DNA from: an uncultured delta proteobacterium
GTDB taxonomy: Bacteria; Desulfobacterota; Desulfomonilia; UBA1062
Reading direction: 5' to 3'
NCBI GenBank assembly: GCA_963798485.1
Contig: CAWCTR010000020.1
Span: 1 to 64,000, forward strand
Length of the DNA: 64,000 nucleotides
Numbering within the stretch: the stretch's first letter is position 1; each line of letters opens with the position of its first letter. The translations under genes were made by a program, and so were the position numbers. The notes beneath the pieces were generated by a model. It ran no database searches. It worked only from the letters and a program-made list of their open reading frames with translations, and was not told the origin of the DNA. This document shows positions 39,254-49,161 of the stretch, piece after piece.

Positions 39254-39775
39254 TCACCGATCCATCCGGTGAACCCCTCCTTTAACCCCCATCCTCTTTG
39301 GACCCTTCTCTTCCGTAGGTTTCCAATCCTTCAGGAGTTTCTTCGCCTCTGCAACCTGCTGCGTGGTCATCTTCTTAGTTACCGTCGTCATGAGCGCAGG
39401 GGCCTGTTTGCTCCCCTGCCTCTTTGCCAGTTCAAACCACATATAGGCCAGGACATAGTTCTGCGGTACACCCCTGCCGAGACGATACATGTTGCCGAGC
39501 TGAGTCTGTGCAACAGGATTGCCCTGCCGTGCCGCCCTGCCGTACCATTCAGCCGCCTTGGTAAAATTCCGGTTCACACCCTGACCGGTCTCATAGAGGT
39601 ATGCAACGAATACCTGTGCCTTGGCATCTCCTTGTTCGGCGGGTAATAGATTTTCACGGAATTCCGTGCTGGATGAACCATCATCAGAGGAGTAAGCACG
39701 CAACGGCAATGAATGAAAAACAAGACAAGTGCTGTGGAGGACCACAAGCAGTCCTATAACGAAAATCCTCCGCAT
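39254..39775 (-). CDS. Secreted Sel1-repeat protein
   Basis: AEQGDAKAQ..YETGQGV..AAEWY; AQTQLGNMYRLGRGVPQNYVLAYMWF. Confidence 0.9.
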   Translation of the reverse strand: MRRIFVIGLLVVLHSTCLVFHSLPLRAYSSDDGSSSTEFRENLLPAEQGDAKAQVFVAYLYETGQGVNRNFTKAAEWYGRAARQGNPVAQTQLGNMYRLGRGVPQNYVLAYMWFELAKRQGSKQAPALMTTVTKKMTTQQVAEAKKLLKDWKPTEEKGPKRMGVKGGVHRMDR

Positions 39776-40011
39776 TCATTCCCCTTAAAAGATAAGTCAA
39801 CAAATAACATTCTTGAAATCCTGCACTCACATTAAGGTCATTTCACCGGCAAGTCAACTCTCTGAATGTCGATCATGGCAAGTCAAAGTCCTCTGAGAAA
39901 AAAGCGGCAATTTTCCGCATTGCCCTTACACTGCAAAACGGTTATGTTATACAATATCAATTCATAGATTGTATTCATGAAAATTCGAATTGCATTATAA
40001 GGGGGGAAGAG

Positions 40012-41499
40012 ATGAGAATTTTGCGGGCCTTCTCTATTGTAATGTTGTGTCTTTTTACACAGGCAGGTTTATGTCTGGGCCTTGAGATCAAGAAGGTGAT
40101 TCTATTCAACGATCAGGCATTGGTGAGCTTTGAACACGAGATAGGCGGTCATCTCTTCATCGATGCCCCCCCTGAGATTGTGCCGGACTCACTGGCGCTT
40201 ACACCCCTTGCGGGCGGATCGGTCCGCTCGGTAAGTGTCGAGCCTTCAAGGACCATGTCCGGAAAGGTTAAGGTCATCAAGGATACCCTTTCCAAAAGAC
40301 AGGCCGCCCTTGCAATACTCAAAAGGGACCAGGCCATGTTGGAAAAACAGATAGATATCATCTATGATGCAGCCGGGTCAAAGGGCAAGGCGACAGCCTT
40401 TGAAAAGACACGCCTCGCTGATGCTTTAGGGTTTATTGAGAGCAGGGTTACTACACTGAATAATCGCATTGTTGAACTCGCTGGAAAGACTGAGATGATC
40501 GAGGTCGATATCAAAGATTTGCAGAACCAGCTGAACAAGGTCAGCCGGAACCCCGGATATAAGATCGACATCGCAGGGAACGGCCAGGTGGAGATATCCT
40601 ATATCATCAGGGCGGCATCCTGGAGACCCGAGTACCATGTATATGCATCTCCCGGTTCATCAGAGCTCATTATCGAATCATTCGCGCGTGCACAACAGAC
40701 CAGCGGCATGGATTGGGATATCGATGAAATGCTCGTATCCACTGGCAGACCGAGTTCGGGAATCGTCGCGCCCGAACTCCAACCGTGGTACCTCTACAAG
40801 ACAAAAAGACGCAACGCCAAACTCAGTGCGGAATCGTATGATATGGCACCAATGGCAAGCGCTTCGCCGGCGGATGAAGCAGGGGCATCCGTCGAGGTCA
40901 CGACCACGTCATATCTCATCGGGGCGGCAAAGAATATACATCTGTCCGGCGACGGCACCCCTGCAACTATCAAGGTCGCCAAGCAGTCTCTTAAGGCCGA
41001 TTTCTCCCTGGTAAGCATCCCCAAGTACAGCCAGTCCGCCTATCTCCGGGCTGACTTTACCCTTCAAGGCGATTCACCCCTGGTGCCGGGATCATATTCT
41101 TCCTTTGTAGATGGTGTATTTTCCGGCCATGGAGAGATGAAGCGATCCGAGCCGGGCCAGAAGACATATCTGGACCTGGGTGTGGATGAGGGGATCAAGA
41201 TCGATAGGAAAGAGACCCAGGCCTTCCATGATAAAACCATTGGCGGCAAAGAACGGGTAACATATTCCTATGAGACCACTATTGAGAACACCCGGAAACT
41301 CAAGGCCTCGGTCACCGTCAAAGACCAGATACCCATCTCACGCGATAAGACCATCGAGGTTGACCTCATCAAGACAGACCCGGAGGTGAACCCGGATCAG
41401 GACGGTATCCTCACCTGGGTCATCGACATGGAGCCGAAGCAGAAAAAGAAGGCTGTTTTCACGTTCTCCATCATCGGGAATGCCCATGACATAAAGTGA
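40012..41499 (+). CDS. DUF4139/DUF4140 (mucoidy inhibitor MuiA-like) protein
   Basis: Signal peptide; ISY..ASWRPEY, QTSGMDW, VSTGRP, LDLGVDEG and VKDQIPIS motifs. Confidence 0.82.
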   Translation: MRILRAFSIVMLCLFTQAGLCLGLEIKKVILFNDQALVSFEHEIGGHLFIDAPPEIVPDSLALTPLAGGSVRSVSVEPSRTMSGKVKVIKDTLSKRQAALAILKRDQAMLEKQIDIIYDAAGSKGKATAFEKTRLADALGFIESRVTTLNNRIVELAGKTEMIEVDIKDLQNQLNKVSRNPGYKIDIAGNGQVEISYIIRAASWRPEYHVYASPGSSELIIESFARAQQTSGMDWDIDEMLVSTGRPSSGIVAPELQPWYLYKTKRRNAKLSAESYDMAPMASASPADEAGASVEVTTTSYLIGAAKNIHLSGDGTPATIKVAKQSLKADFSLVSIPKYSQSAYLRADFTLQGDSPLVPGSYSSFVDGVFSGHGEMKRSEPGQKTYLDLGVDEGIKIDRKETQAFHDKTIGGKERVTYSYETTIENTRKLKASVTVKDQIPISRDKTIEVDLIKTDPEVNPDQDGILTWVIDMEPKQKKKAVFTFSIIGNAHDIK

Positions 41500-41554
41500 T
41501 TTGAGGGATATGAATGAACCGTAAACGTTGGGACTAGGCCTTATACGGAGGCGG

Positions 41555-42202
41555 TTAGAAATCGCATATCAACTTATCCGCCTTTCCCTTAAGTATTTGC
41601 GCCTCTGCCTTCTGTCCTATGCGATCCAGCAAGTCGGTGGTTCGCAGGGAGGGAATTTCATATTCCGGATGGAGTCGGGCGGCGAGCTCGAAGGTTTGTA
41701 TTGCTTCCATCACCTTTCCCCTTTTCACATACTGTTCCCCGAGCATAATCCAAGCCTTCAGGGAATCGGGCTTGAGCTGCAATGCCTTCTGCAGCCGGGA
41801 TATCAGATCGGTCGCAATCGTAGCGCTGAAAAGATACGGCAGGTAATTCCCCGGCTCAAGCCCTGCCGCCTCTTCAAAGTACCGGTTGGCTTGAACCGGA
41901 TCATTCCGGACTTGCATAAGGACCAAACCGTCATGGAGTAAAAGCTCGAAGCGAGATGATCGGAGCTGAAGATGTCGATCGAGAACATCTGCTCCTTCTG
42001 CTCTCGACCATTTTTCAAAAAAGTCGTGGCCCGATCCGGCTGCAGAGTCCGGAAACGGATCGCAACCATAGAACTCCAGACGCTCCCGGACATGGTCTTT
42101 CTGCATACGGTTCTGCCGGACATACGAACGTGCAATCCGCGCAAGCTTTCTATCTGAGCAATAAGAGCAGGTTTCGTCATCAGTTGGGATTGATTTTCTC
42201 AT
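41555..42202 (-). CDS. TPR-containing hypothetical protein
   Basis: LQKALQLKPDSLKAWIMLGEQY...EAIQTFELAARLHP. Confidence 0.6.
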   Translation of the reverse strand: MRKSIPTDDETCSYCSDRKLARIARSYVRQNRMQKDHVRERLEFYGCDPFPDSAAGSGHDFFEKWSRAEGADVLDRHLQLRSSRFELLLHDGLVLMQVRNDPVQANRYFEEAAGLEPGNYLPYLFSATIATDLISRLQKALQLKPDSLKAWIMLGEQYVKRGKVMEAIQTFELAARLHPEYEIPSLRTTDLLDRIGQKAEAQILKGKADKLICDF

Positions 42203-42227
42203 GTACTGATTTGAGAGAGTAAATATT

Positions 42228-42304
42228 TGGTCGGGACGAGAGGATTTGAACCTCCGACCCCCTGAACCCCATTCAGGTGCGCTACCGGACTGCGCTACGT
42301 CCCG
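42228..42304 (-). tRNA. tRNA-Pro(GGG)
   Basis: cgggacgtagcgcagtccggtagcgcacctgaatGGGgttcagggggtcggaggttcaaatcctctcgtcccgacca folds as a cloverleaf with encoded CCA. Confidence 0.96.
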
Positions 42305-42419
42305 AAACCGCCATTCTTGCTAGCACAGCCATCTTTGGGGTGTCAAGGACAAGGCGATTTATTTGGCTTGCAGCTTACGGTGCCGGGCAGAGGGCAAAGA
42401 CCTCGAACCCTTATGAGCC

Positions 42420-43625
42420 CTATGTCTTTGGCTTTGCGCCCCGCTTGGTTGTTTGAGCGACATCCAGCTGCCTGGAGAAGTAGTATCTCATGACCTGCCG
42501 GGAGAGTGTGTCTGCCTCAATCCAGAAATATCCGTTGCGAATGAGCAGGCATCCGATGGTGATGGCCTCGTTGTTGGTGCGGTTCTGTGCATACCCGACA
42601 AACCAGTTTCTCCGACCCTGTGGCTCGTTTCCATCAATACTGCCGCTCTTGGCGCCGATGGTGAGATCTCTCAGGACCCTGTCCGATCCGATATGTCTGA
42701 AGGCCTTGGCAACCGTACCGCACCTGGCCGTTCGTTCCATCATGAAGGCAAGGTTACGAGCTGCTCCCTCACTCATGGCCTGTATACGCTCCTCATCCTC
42801 GGACCTGACGAGCCGGGGGGTGACCATAGAGCCTTTATTCACTGCCGAGCTCACCATCTGTGCAGCATGAACCGGCGATATTTTTGTCTGTCTGTTGAAT
42901 CCGCAAGCAAGCTCAGCAAGGTTGTATTCACTCTGGGGGAAAAAAATGGTACTCGGTATGCACTCGATCTCTTTAAGTGGTGACTTCCAAAAACCAAGTT
43001 TCATGGCTGTCAGGTAGATAGGGGCCTCTCCGAGATGGAGCATGCCGATCTTGGCAAAGACCACATTATTGGAGTGTGCAAATGCATCAGCCAGGGTAAT
43101 ATCGGCGGTCCACCGGTCTTTCCTGTCCTTGAGCTGGTTCTTGTAGAGGGTATGGGCATTGCCTGTATATGAAAAAACGCTATTGCTGTTATAACCTCCC
43201 TGATCCATTGCAGCCACAGCAGTTACCAGCTTGAAGATGCTCGCCGCATGATTCGTATCCAGGCAGATGCTGCAATCCTGTCCGGAGGGTTTCTTGCCAT
43301 ACATGGCAAGGATGTCCCCGGTACGGGCGTCCATGACCACGATTGCACCGTAATAGACTTTGTACTTGACAGCTTCCTCGGCGATAAACTGCTGGAGGCC
43401 CCAATTGATAGTCAGATTCTGCCTTTTGATGACGTCCTGATCAATATAGGCGAGATCCTTTTTAGAAAGCGCGGCCTTCTTTTCCTTCACCGGAACCATC
43501 TCCGCCCCCCCTTTGTTGCCGGGCATGAAAAAGAGAGATCCGATGATCAACAGGAAGGGCAACAGGAGATAGCGAAGGCGTAGGTACCTCCGTTTTTCCC
43601 TCTTCGGCAGAGGATATTCGTCCAT
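42420..43625 (-). CDS. Penicillin-binding transpeptidase domain protein
   Basis: N-terminal TM; VMDARTGDILA; SxxK (ASIFK), SxN (HSNN) and KSG motifs. Start uncertain (43625 or 43643). Confidence 0.85.
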   Translation of the reverse strand: MDEYPLPKREKRRYLRLRYLLLPFLLIIGSLFFMPGNKGGAEMVPVKEKKAALSKKDLAYIDQDVIKRQNLTINWGLQQFIAEEAVKYKVYYGAIVVMDARTGDILAMYGKKPSGQDCSICLDTNHAASIFKLVTAVAAMDQGGYNSNSVFSYTGNAHTLYKNQLKDRKDRWTADITLADAFAHSNNVVFAKIGMLHLGEAPIYLTAMKLGFWKSPLKEIECIPSTIFFPQSEYNLAELACGFNRQTKISPVHAAQMVSSAVNKGSMVTPRLVRSEDEERIQAMSEGAARNLAFMMERTARCGTVAKAFRHIGSDRVLRDLTIGAKSGSIDGNEPQGRRNWFVGYAQNRTNNEAITIGCLLIRNGYFWIEADTLSRQVMRYYFSRQLDVAQTTKRGAKPKT

Positions 43626-43851
43626 TGGAAATTGTCTTATCATTATATATCTTATTTCGGCATATTGCACAGAGATATGATAGATGTCAATATTCACGGC
43701 ATCACCACAAGACTCTCCCTTGATAAACCTTGTACCTTCTGATAGTCTTTTGGGCTCATCTGCATATGAATCGTATGTGAAAATAGGAAAGTGTGCGATG
43801 TATTGTACGGATTCCCCAGGTAGGGCCATGAATGAGGCGTAAGAAATATCT

Positions 43852-44928
43852 ATGAAGAATGAAATAGAAGATATCAGGGCCAAAATCGACGCCATTGACG
43901 ACAAGATCCTCAAACTCCTCCAGGGCCGATCTATGCTGTCCGTGGAGATGGGAAAGATCAAGCGTGCGGAGAATAAAGTCATTTTTGATCCATCGAGAGA
44001 AGAAGAGATAATCAGCCGCATTGATGGGAAATGTGAAGCACCACTGACCAGGCCTATGGTAGAGGGCATCTTTCGCGAGATATTCAGCGCCTCCCGATCT
44101 CTCCAACTGCGACAGAAGGTGGCCTATCTTGGTCCGGAAGGAAGCTTCTCGCACCAGGCGGCCTTCAGCGTATTTTCACTTGACGGTGACCTCATACCAT
44201 TCAAGGACATAGAAAAGGTCATCCAGTCTGTTGCCTCATCGAGGGTGGATATCGGCGTAGTGCCTGTGGAAAATTCCACAGAGGGTATGATCAACCGCAC
44301 TTTGGATATGATGGCAACTACCCGGCTTTGTGTAATCCAGGAGTTCATGCTTCCCATTCGGAACTGTCTGCTCGCCAATATTCCCAAAGAAAATATTCGC
44401 AAGGTGTTCTCACATCCCCAGCCGCTTGCCCAGTGCAGGGTGTGGCTCTCATCAAACCTGCCCCAGGCGGAGATCATCGAGACCACGAGCACCTCGGAGG
44501 CTGCAATGGCTGCACGGTCTCACGAGGATGGGGCTGCTGTTGCTTCGTCAATGGCCGCAGAGCTGTATGGGCTTTCCATCTTTGCCGAGAATATCAATGA
44601 TTTCCGAGAGAACATTACACGGTTCTGGGTAGTCGCCCGTACGGCCGCACCGATATCCGGCAATGCAAAGACATCCATTATCGTCACCCTCGATAACCGA
44701 CCCGGCGCCTTATATAACGCGCTGGGCGTGTTCGCGCGAAAGGGGATCAACCTCACCAAGATCGAGTCGCGGCCTTCAATGAAGAGCCCATGGGAATACC
44801 TGTTCTTCATCGACTTCCAAGGGAATCTCATGGATGAAAATGTAAAGACGACTATTGAAGCGATTAAAGAATTCACCAGGGATGTGATCATCCTGGGTTC
44901 CTATCCTGAAGGGAGAACGCTTCCATGA
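43852..44928 (+). CDS. pheA: Chorismate mutase / prephenate dehydratase
   Basis: RAKIDAID, AYLGPEGSFSH, PVENSTEG, NITRF and INLTKIESRPS motifs. Confidence 0.96.
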   Translation: MKNEIEDIRAKIDAIDDKILKLLQGRSMLSVEMGKIKRAENKVIFDPSREEEIISRIDGKCEAPLTRPMVEGIFREIFSASRSLQLRQKVAYLGPEGSFSHQAAFSVFSLDGDLIPFKDIEKVIQSVASSRVDIGVVPVENSTEGMINRTLDMMATTRLCVIQEFMLPIRNCLLANIPKENIRKVFSHPQPLAQCRVWLSSNLPQAEIIETTSTSEAAMAARSHEDGAAVASSMAAELYGLSIFAENINDFRENITRFWVVARTAAPISGNAKTSIIVTLDNRPGALYNALGVFARKGINLTKIESRPSMKSPWEYLFFIDFQGNLMDENVKTTIEAIKEFTRDVIILGSYPEGRTLP

Positions 44929-46013
44929 AGACTGTGGAGCCCAATGAGTGGGTCTTCACCATCCCTGAATATGTTCCCGGCAGGTCAAAGGAAGAGATCA
45001 CCAGACAGTACGGCGCTGCAAATCCCATTAAACTTGCATCCAACGAAAACCCGTTGGGTGCAAGCCCCAAGGCCCTTGACGCCATCAGAGAGGCCATGGC
45101 GGCCTCCCACCTTTACCCGGACCCTGATTCAAGAAATCTTCGAACAGCAGCGGCGCGATTCTTTGGCTGCACGCTCGAAGACATCGTAGCCGGGAATGGC
45201 TCGGATGAAATAATCGACCTCATCTGCCGGGCATATCTGAAGCCGGGGGATGAGGTGATTATCCCATCGTGCACCTTCAGTTATTATCGCATCGCCTCTT
45301 TGGCATGCGGCGCTCACGTAGTCGCCTCCACCATGAAGGATCATTGTATAGATATAACCGCCATTGAGGCTGCCTTAAGCCCCAAGACCAAGGTCATCTT
45401 TATTGCAAACCCCAACAATCCCACAGGTACGTATCTCAAGGGAGTTGAGCTCGTGAGCCTTGTCAATGCCATACCGGAAAATGTCCTTTTAGTCATTGAT
45501 GAGGCTTATGGGGCCTTTGCAAGGGCAAATGATTACCTGAGCGCCATATCTCTCACAAAAAGCACATCAAACCTTATTACTATCCATACCCTTTCAAAAT
45601 CCCATGGACTTGCAGGTCTCAGGGTGGGATTCGGTATTGCATCAAAGGCAATCCTTAACGCTATGCTCCGCATCAAGCCTCCGTTCAATGTGAACATCCT
45701 TGCTCAAAAGGCGGGAAAGGCGGCACTGAACGACGATGCCTTCTTCAAGAAGACCCTTTCTCATACCTGGGACAGCCTGGATACTTTTTATGCTGCTTTC
45801 GAAAGACTCGGCTTATCATATATCAGGTCGCAGACAAACTTCGTCCTGGTGCATATCGGCAAGGATTCACCCAGGGTCTATGAGGATCTTTTAAAAAGGG
45901 GCATCATTACCCGCTACATTGCAAACATCGGGCTTGACGAGTATCTCCGGGTAAGCATCGGGTTGCCCGGGGAAAACAATGCATTCATTGAAGCCCTTGA
46001 AGAGGTCTTATGA
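44925..46013 (+). CDS. hisC: Histidinol-phosphate / aromatic aminotransferase
   Basis: KLASNENPLG, GNGSDEII, NPNNPTG, DEAY and TLSKSHGLAGLRVG motifs. Confidence 0.94.
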   Translation: MKTVEPNEWVFTIPEYVPGRSKEEITRQYGAANPIKLASNENPLGASPKALDAIREAMAASHLYPDPDSRNLRTAAARFFGCTLEDIVAGNGSDEIIDLICRAYLKPGDEVIIPSCTFSYYRIASLACGAHVVASTMKDHCIDITAIEAALSPKTKVIFIANPNNPTGTYLKGVELVSLVNAIPENVLLVIDEAYGAFARANDYLSAISLTKSTSNLITIHTLSKSHGLAGLRVGFGIASKAILNAMLRIKPPFNVNILAQKAGKAALNDDAFFKKTLSHTWDSLDTFYAAFERLGLSYIRSQTNFVLVHIGKDSPRVYEDLLKRGIITRYIANIGLDEYLRVSIGLPGENNAFIEALEEVL

Positions 46014-46837
46014 AGGTAACGATCATAGGCCTCGGGCTCATTGGTGCATCCATCGCGAAGGTCCTTCAAGGCACCACCCATATCACAGGCATCGACATGA
46101 GCAGCCGGGTTATACGGCAGGCACTTGAAGAGGGCGTGATATCAGATGGCGGTACCGACATGGCTATAGCCTCGGGGAGCGACCTGGTGATTATCGCCGT
46201 GCCGGTAGGAAGCATAGTGGATGAAGCATTAAGGGTGATCAGATATATCGACGAGAATACTGTCCTGACCGATACAGGTTCCACAAAGGCCACCATCGTC
46301 TGTCGCATTGACAAGGTCTTCCCCTCGTTCGTGGGATCCCATCCCATAGCAGGCAAGGAAAATCCGGGTTATACCTATAGCCAGGCTGACCTGTTCAAGG
46401 ATGCTATGACCATTATCACCCCGTCGGCATCAACACGTCAGGGGTGCATCGCTAAGGTTAAGCAACTGTGGGAGACATGCAACTCCAGAACCCATATCAT
46501 GGACCCTGTGAAACACGACCAGCTCATGGCCATCATCAGCCATATGCCCCACCTTTTGAGCTATGCATCCATGAGCATGGCAGGCGATCTTCATATACAC
46601 AAACAACTCTTGGGCGCCGGTTTCCGGGACTTCACCCGCATTGCCGCCTCAGACCCCCTCATGTGGAGGGATATCTTCCTGGAAAATAAGGATAATATCC
46701 TGCCCCTGATAGATAAATACTTAGAAGAGCTGAAGTTCATCAGGACCCTCATTGAAGAGGGAAAGACCAAAGACCTGGAAAAAGCATTATCATCTTACGC
46801 ACAGATCAAGAGAGGTTTGTATGTCAATTCACGGTGA
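46010..46837 (+). CDS. tyrA: Prephenate/arogenate dehydrogenase
   Basis: GLGLIGAS, DTGSTK, HPIAGKE, SHMPH and GFRDFTRIA motifs. Confidence 0.93.
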   Translation: MKVTIIGLGLIGASIAKVLQGTTHITGIDMSSRVIRQALEEGVISDGGTDMAIASGSDLVIIAVPVGSIVDEALRVIRYIDENTVLTDTGSTKATIVCRIDKVFPSFVGSHPIAGKENPGYTYSQADLFKDAMTIITPSASTRQGCIAKVKQLWETCNSRTHIMDPVKHDQLMAIISHMPHLLSYASMSMAGDLHIHKQLLGAGFRDFTRIAASDPLMWRDIFLENKDNILPLIDKYLEELKFIRTLIEEGKTKDLEKALSSYAQIKRGLYVNSR

Positions 46838-48065
46838 GATCACCCCTCCCCCGGACAAATCCATTTCTCACAGGGCCTTCATGCTTGGAGCCCTGGCTGA
46901 CGGTACTACTACCATAAGGAATTCCCTGAATTCAGAAGATATCAAGAGTACACGATCCGCCCTTGCTGCACTTGGTGTTGATATTCAAAAGGATGGAGAC
47001 ATATACCGGGTAAAAGGATCACAGATCAAGGAACCGATCCAGGTCATTGATGCCGGCAATTCCGGGACCACAGCCAGGCTCATATGCGGCATCCTTGCCG
47101 GGCTGGACGGCATAATCACCCTCACAGGGGACAGCTCGCTTGTCCAGCGTCCCATGGCCCGTGTTATCAAGCCGTTAGAGCTTATGGGAGCGCGTTTTAT
47201 GGCCCGCAAGGGCGGGTATCTGCCCCTGTCTATTAAGGGCGGCAGTCTAAGGGGGATCTTCCATCCCATGGAGATATCTTCCGCCCAGGTGAAGTCCGCC
47301 CTGCTTCTCGCCGGATTAAAGGCCGACGGACAGACCACCGTGAACGAGCCGTCACCAAGCCGTGATCACACTGAACGCATGCTTGGATACTTCGGGGCGA
47401 CCTTGAGCCTCAGCCAGAAATCCGTGACTATAAAGGGCGGCCAGAAACTTGAGGCGCGTGACATCATTGTCCCTGGAGATCCATCATCCGCTGCCTTCCC
47501 GATAGTATGGGCAGCCGCCGTGCCCGGCTCGGAGATTATTGTACGTGATGTATGTTTAAATACAACCCGAACAGGATTTCTTGCAGTACTTGAGCGGATG
47601 GGTGCTCAGATCGAGAGGGGCAACGTACAGGTCAGGGCCGGAGAGCCGGTGGGTGATCTCATAATACGTGGCTCCGAGCTCAAGGGCACTACTATAGCCG
47701 GTGATGAAATCCCCTCCCTGATCGACGAGATCCCCATCCTGGTAGCGGCTGCCGCACTGGCCTCAGGCACCACGGTCATCACTGATGCCAAGGAACTGCG
47801 GGTGAAGGAAACAGACCGCATTACCGCCATGGCGCAGGGCTTGTCACGGCTCGGCGCACATGTTGAGGAACTCGACGACGGTCTCATTGTCAAGGGACTC
47901 TCACAACTGTCCGCAGGCAACATCTCAACATTCTCCGATCATCGGATCGCCATGTCGTTCTTCATCCTTTCCAGGGCTTCGGGAATTGACATCCGCCTCG
48001 ATAACTCTGAGTGCGTGAATATCTCATATCCCACATTCTTCACGGACATGGAGAGGCTGAAATGA
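46821..48065 (+). CDS. aroA: EPSP synthase
   Basis: PDKSISHRA, AGNSGTT, SAQVKSA, RDHTERML, ELRVKETDRI and DHRIAM motifs. Confidence 0.97.
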   Translation: MSIHGEITPPPDKSISHRAFMLGALADGTTTIRNSLNSEDIKSTRSALAALGVDIQKDGDIYRVKGSQIKEPIQVIDAGNSGTTARLICGILAGLDGIITLTGDSSLVQRPMARVIKPLELMGARFMARKGGYLPLSIKGGSLRGIFHPMEISSAQVKSALLLAGLKADGQTTVNEPSPSRDHTERMLGYFGATLSLSQKSVTIKGGQKLEARDIIVPGDPSSAAFPIVWAAAVPGSEIIVRDVCLNTTRTGFLAVLERMGAQIERGNVQVRAGEPVGDLIIRGSELKGTTIAGDEIPSLIDEIPILVAAAALASGTTVITDAKELRVKETDRITAMAQGLSRLGAHVEELDDGLIVKGLSQLSAGNISTFSDHRIAMSFFILSRASGIDIRLDNSECVNISYPTFFTDMERLK

Positions 48066-48724
48066 CTTACCGCACCATTACCATAGACGGACCTGCAGGG
48101 AGCGGAAAATCAAGTGTTGCAAAAGAAATAGCGAGAAGACTCAAATACACGTTTCTTGATACAGGCGCCATATACCGCGCCGCTGCTGTCGTCGTTGAAA
48201 CGGCAGGCTGTGATATTCACGATGACAAAGAATGCGCCTCTGTCCTTGCAAAAGCTGACCTCAGGATAACAGCAGGGAAGACCTTTGCAAACGGTAGAGA
48301 GGTGACTGATGAGATCCGGTCTCACCATATCAGTGAGTTGGCCTCGGCAATTGCAGCTTATCCTTCCGTACGAGAGGAATTGCTTGGTATACAAAGGGCC
48401 TTCAAGGGAAACACCTCTCTGGTAGCAGAGGGAAGAGATACGGGAACAGCGGTATTCCCCGATGCCGACATTAAATTCTATCTGGATGCCACACCCGAGG
48501 AACGGGCCAGGCGCAGACACGCTGAATCTGCAAGCAAGGGCATTGATATACCAATAGGGCAGGTCCTGCTTGATTTAAAACGGCGCGATAAACGCGACTG
48601 CACGAGGACGGCCTCACCATTGACTATACCTGAGAACTCATTTGTGGTCGATACGACACACCTAAATTTTGAAGAGGTAGTTGAGAAGATCCTCTTAATT
48701 ATTAATGAGAGGTTAACCGATTAG
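48062..48724 (+). CDS. cmk: Cytidylate kinase
   Basis: ITIDGPAGSGKS, DTGAIYR and EGRDTGTAVFPDA motifs. Confidence 0.96.
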   Translation: MTYRTITIDGPAGSGKSSVAKEIARRLKYTFLDTGAIYRAAAVVVETAGCDIHDDKECASVLAKADLRITAGKTFANGREVTDEIRSHHISELASAIAAYPSVREELLGIQRAFKGNTSLVAEGRDTGTAVFPDADIKFYLDATPEERARRRHAESASKGIDIPIGQVLLDLKRRDKRDCTRTASPLTIPENSFVVDTTHLNFEEVVEKILLIINERLTD

Positions 48725-48943
48725 GAGTCGGTCCTGCTTGCCTGAATCCTCCAAAGTGGCATCTTTACGCATCTCTAACGCCATATGGTCAAGAATCTCT
48801 CTTGAAAAATTTATAACATCCTTGTTTGTGAAACCATTACGGATGAGTTCCTTGTAAAGGCTCTTAGCAAGGATCTTAGTAGCCCTCGTCGTATCCATAT
48901 TTTTCAAAATAATATCAAGATTACCCTTTGAGTTCATATTCAA
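48713..48943 (-). CDS. Small hypothetical protein (76 aa)
   Basis: RBS gagagagga; helical TKILAKSLYKELIRNGFTNKDVINFSREILD; sigma54-like promoter upstream. Confidence 0.65.
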   Translation of the reverse strand: MNMNSKGNLDIILKNMDTTRATKILAKSLYKELIRNGFTNKDVINFSREILDHMALEMRKDATLEDSGKQDRLLIG

Positions 48944-48968
48944 TCCTCTCTCACTTGACCCATATTAA

Positions 48969-48985
48969 TGCATCCACCATGCCAA
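48969..48985 (-). promoter_or_regulatory. Putative sigma54 promoter
   Basis: Minus strand TTGGCATG-GTGG-ATGCA (GG-N10-GC). Confidence 0.6.
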
Positions 48986-49161
48986 GTATGATAATTGTTA
49001 ATTTAACGTTAATATATCAATGGTTGCTTGTTCAATTGCTTAAGCTTCCTTAACTTTGCTGTGGAAATTTTGCAATAGGTGAATAGCTGTTCATACTGTG
49101 CATATCCTCCCCAGGCCGATCTAGAGAGACTTCACTTCTGCTGATGAAAAACCACACAACC

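Noticed and set aside
41500-42304. Island integrated at the in-window tRNA-Pro(GGG)
   Set aside because: No duplicated 3' end was seen downstream (lower coordinates) and no integrase; the fragments at 59-61 kb are on the wrong side and differ in sequence.
43644-44069. N-terminal extension of the 549-aa PBP ORF
   Set aside because: Antisense to pheA and its promoter region; the TM anchor begins after ~43625.
43852-48724. hisC inside an aromatic amino acid operon
   Set aside because: pheA-hisC-tyrA-aroA-cmk is a well-known conserved arrangement.
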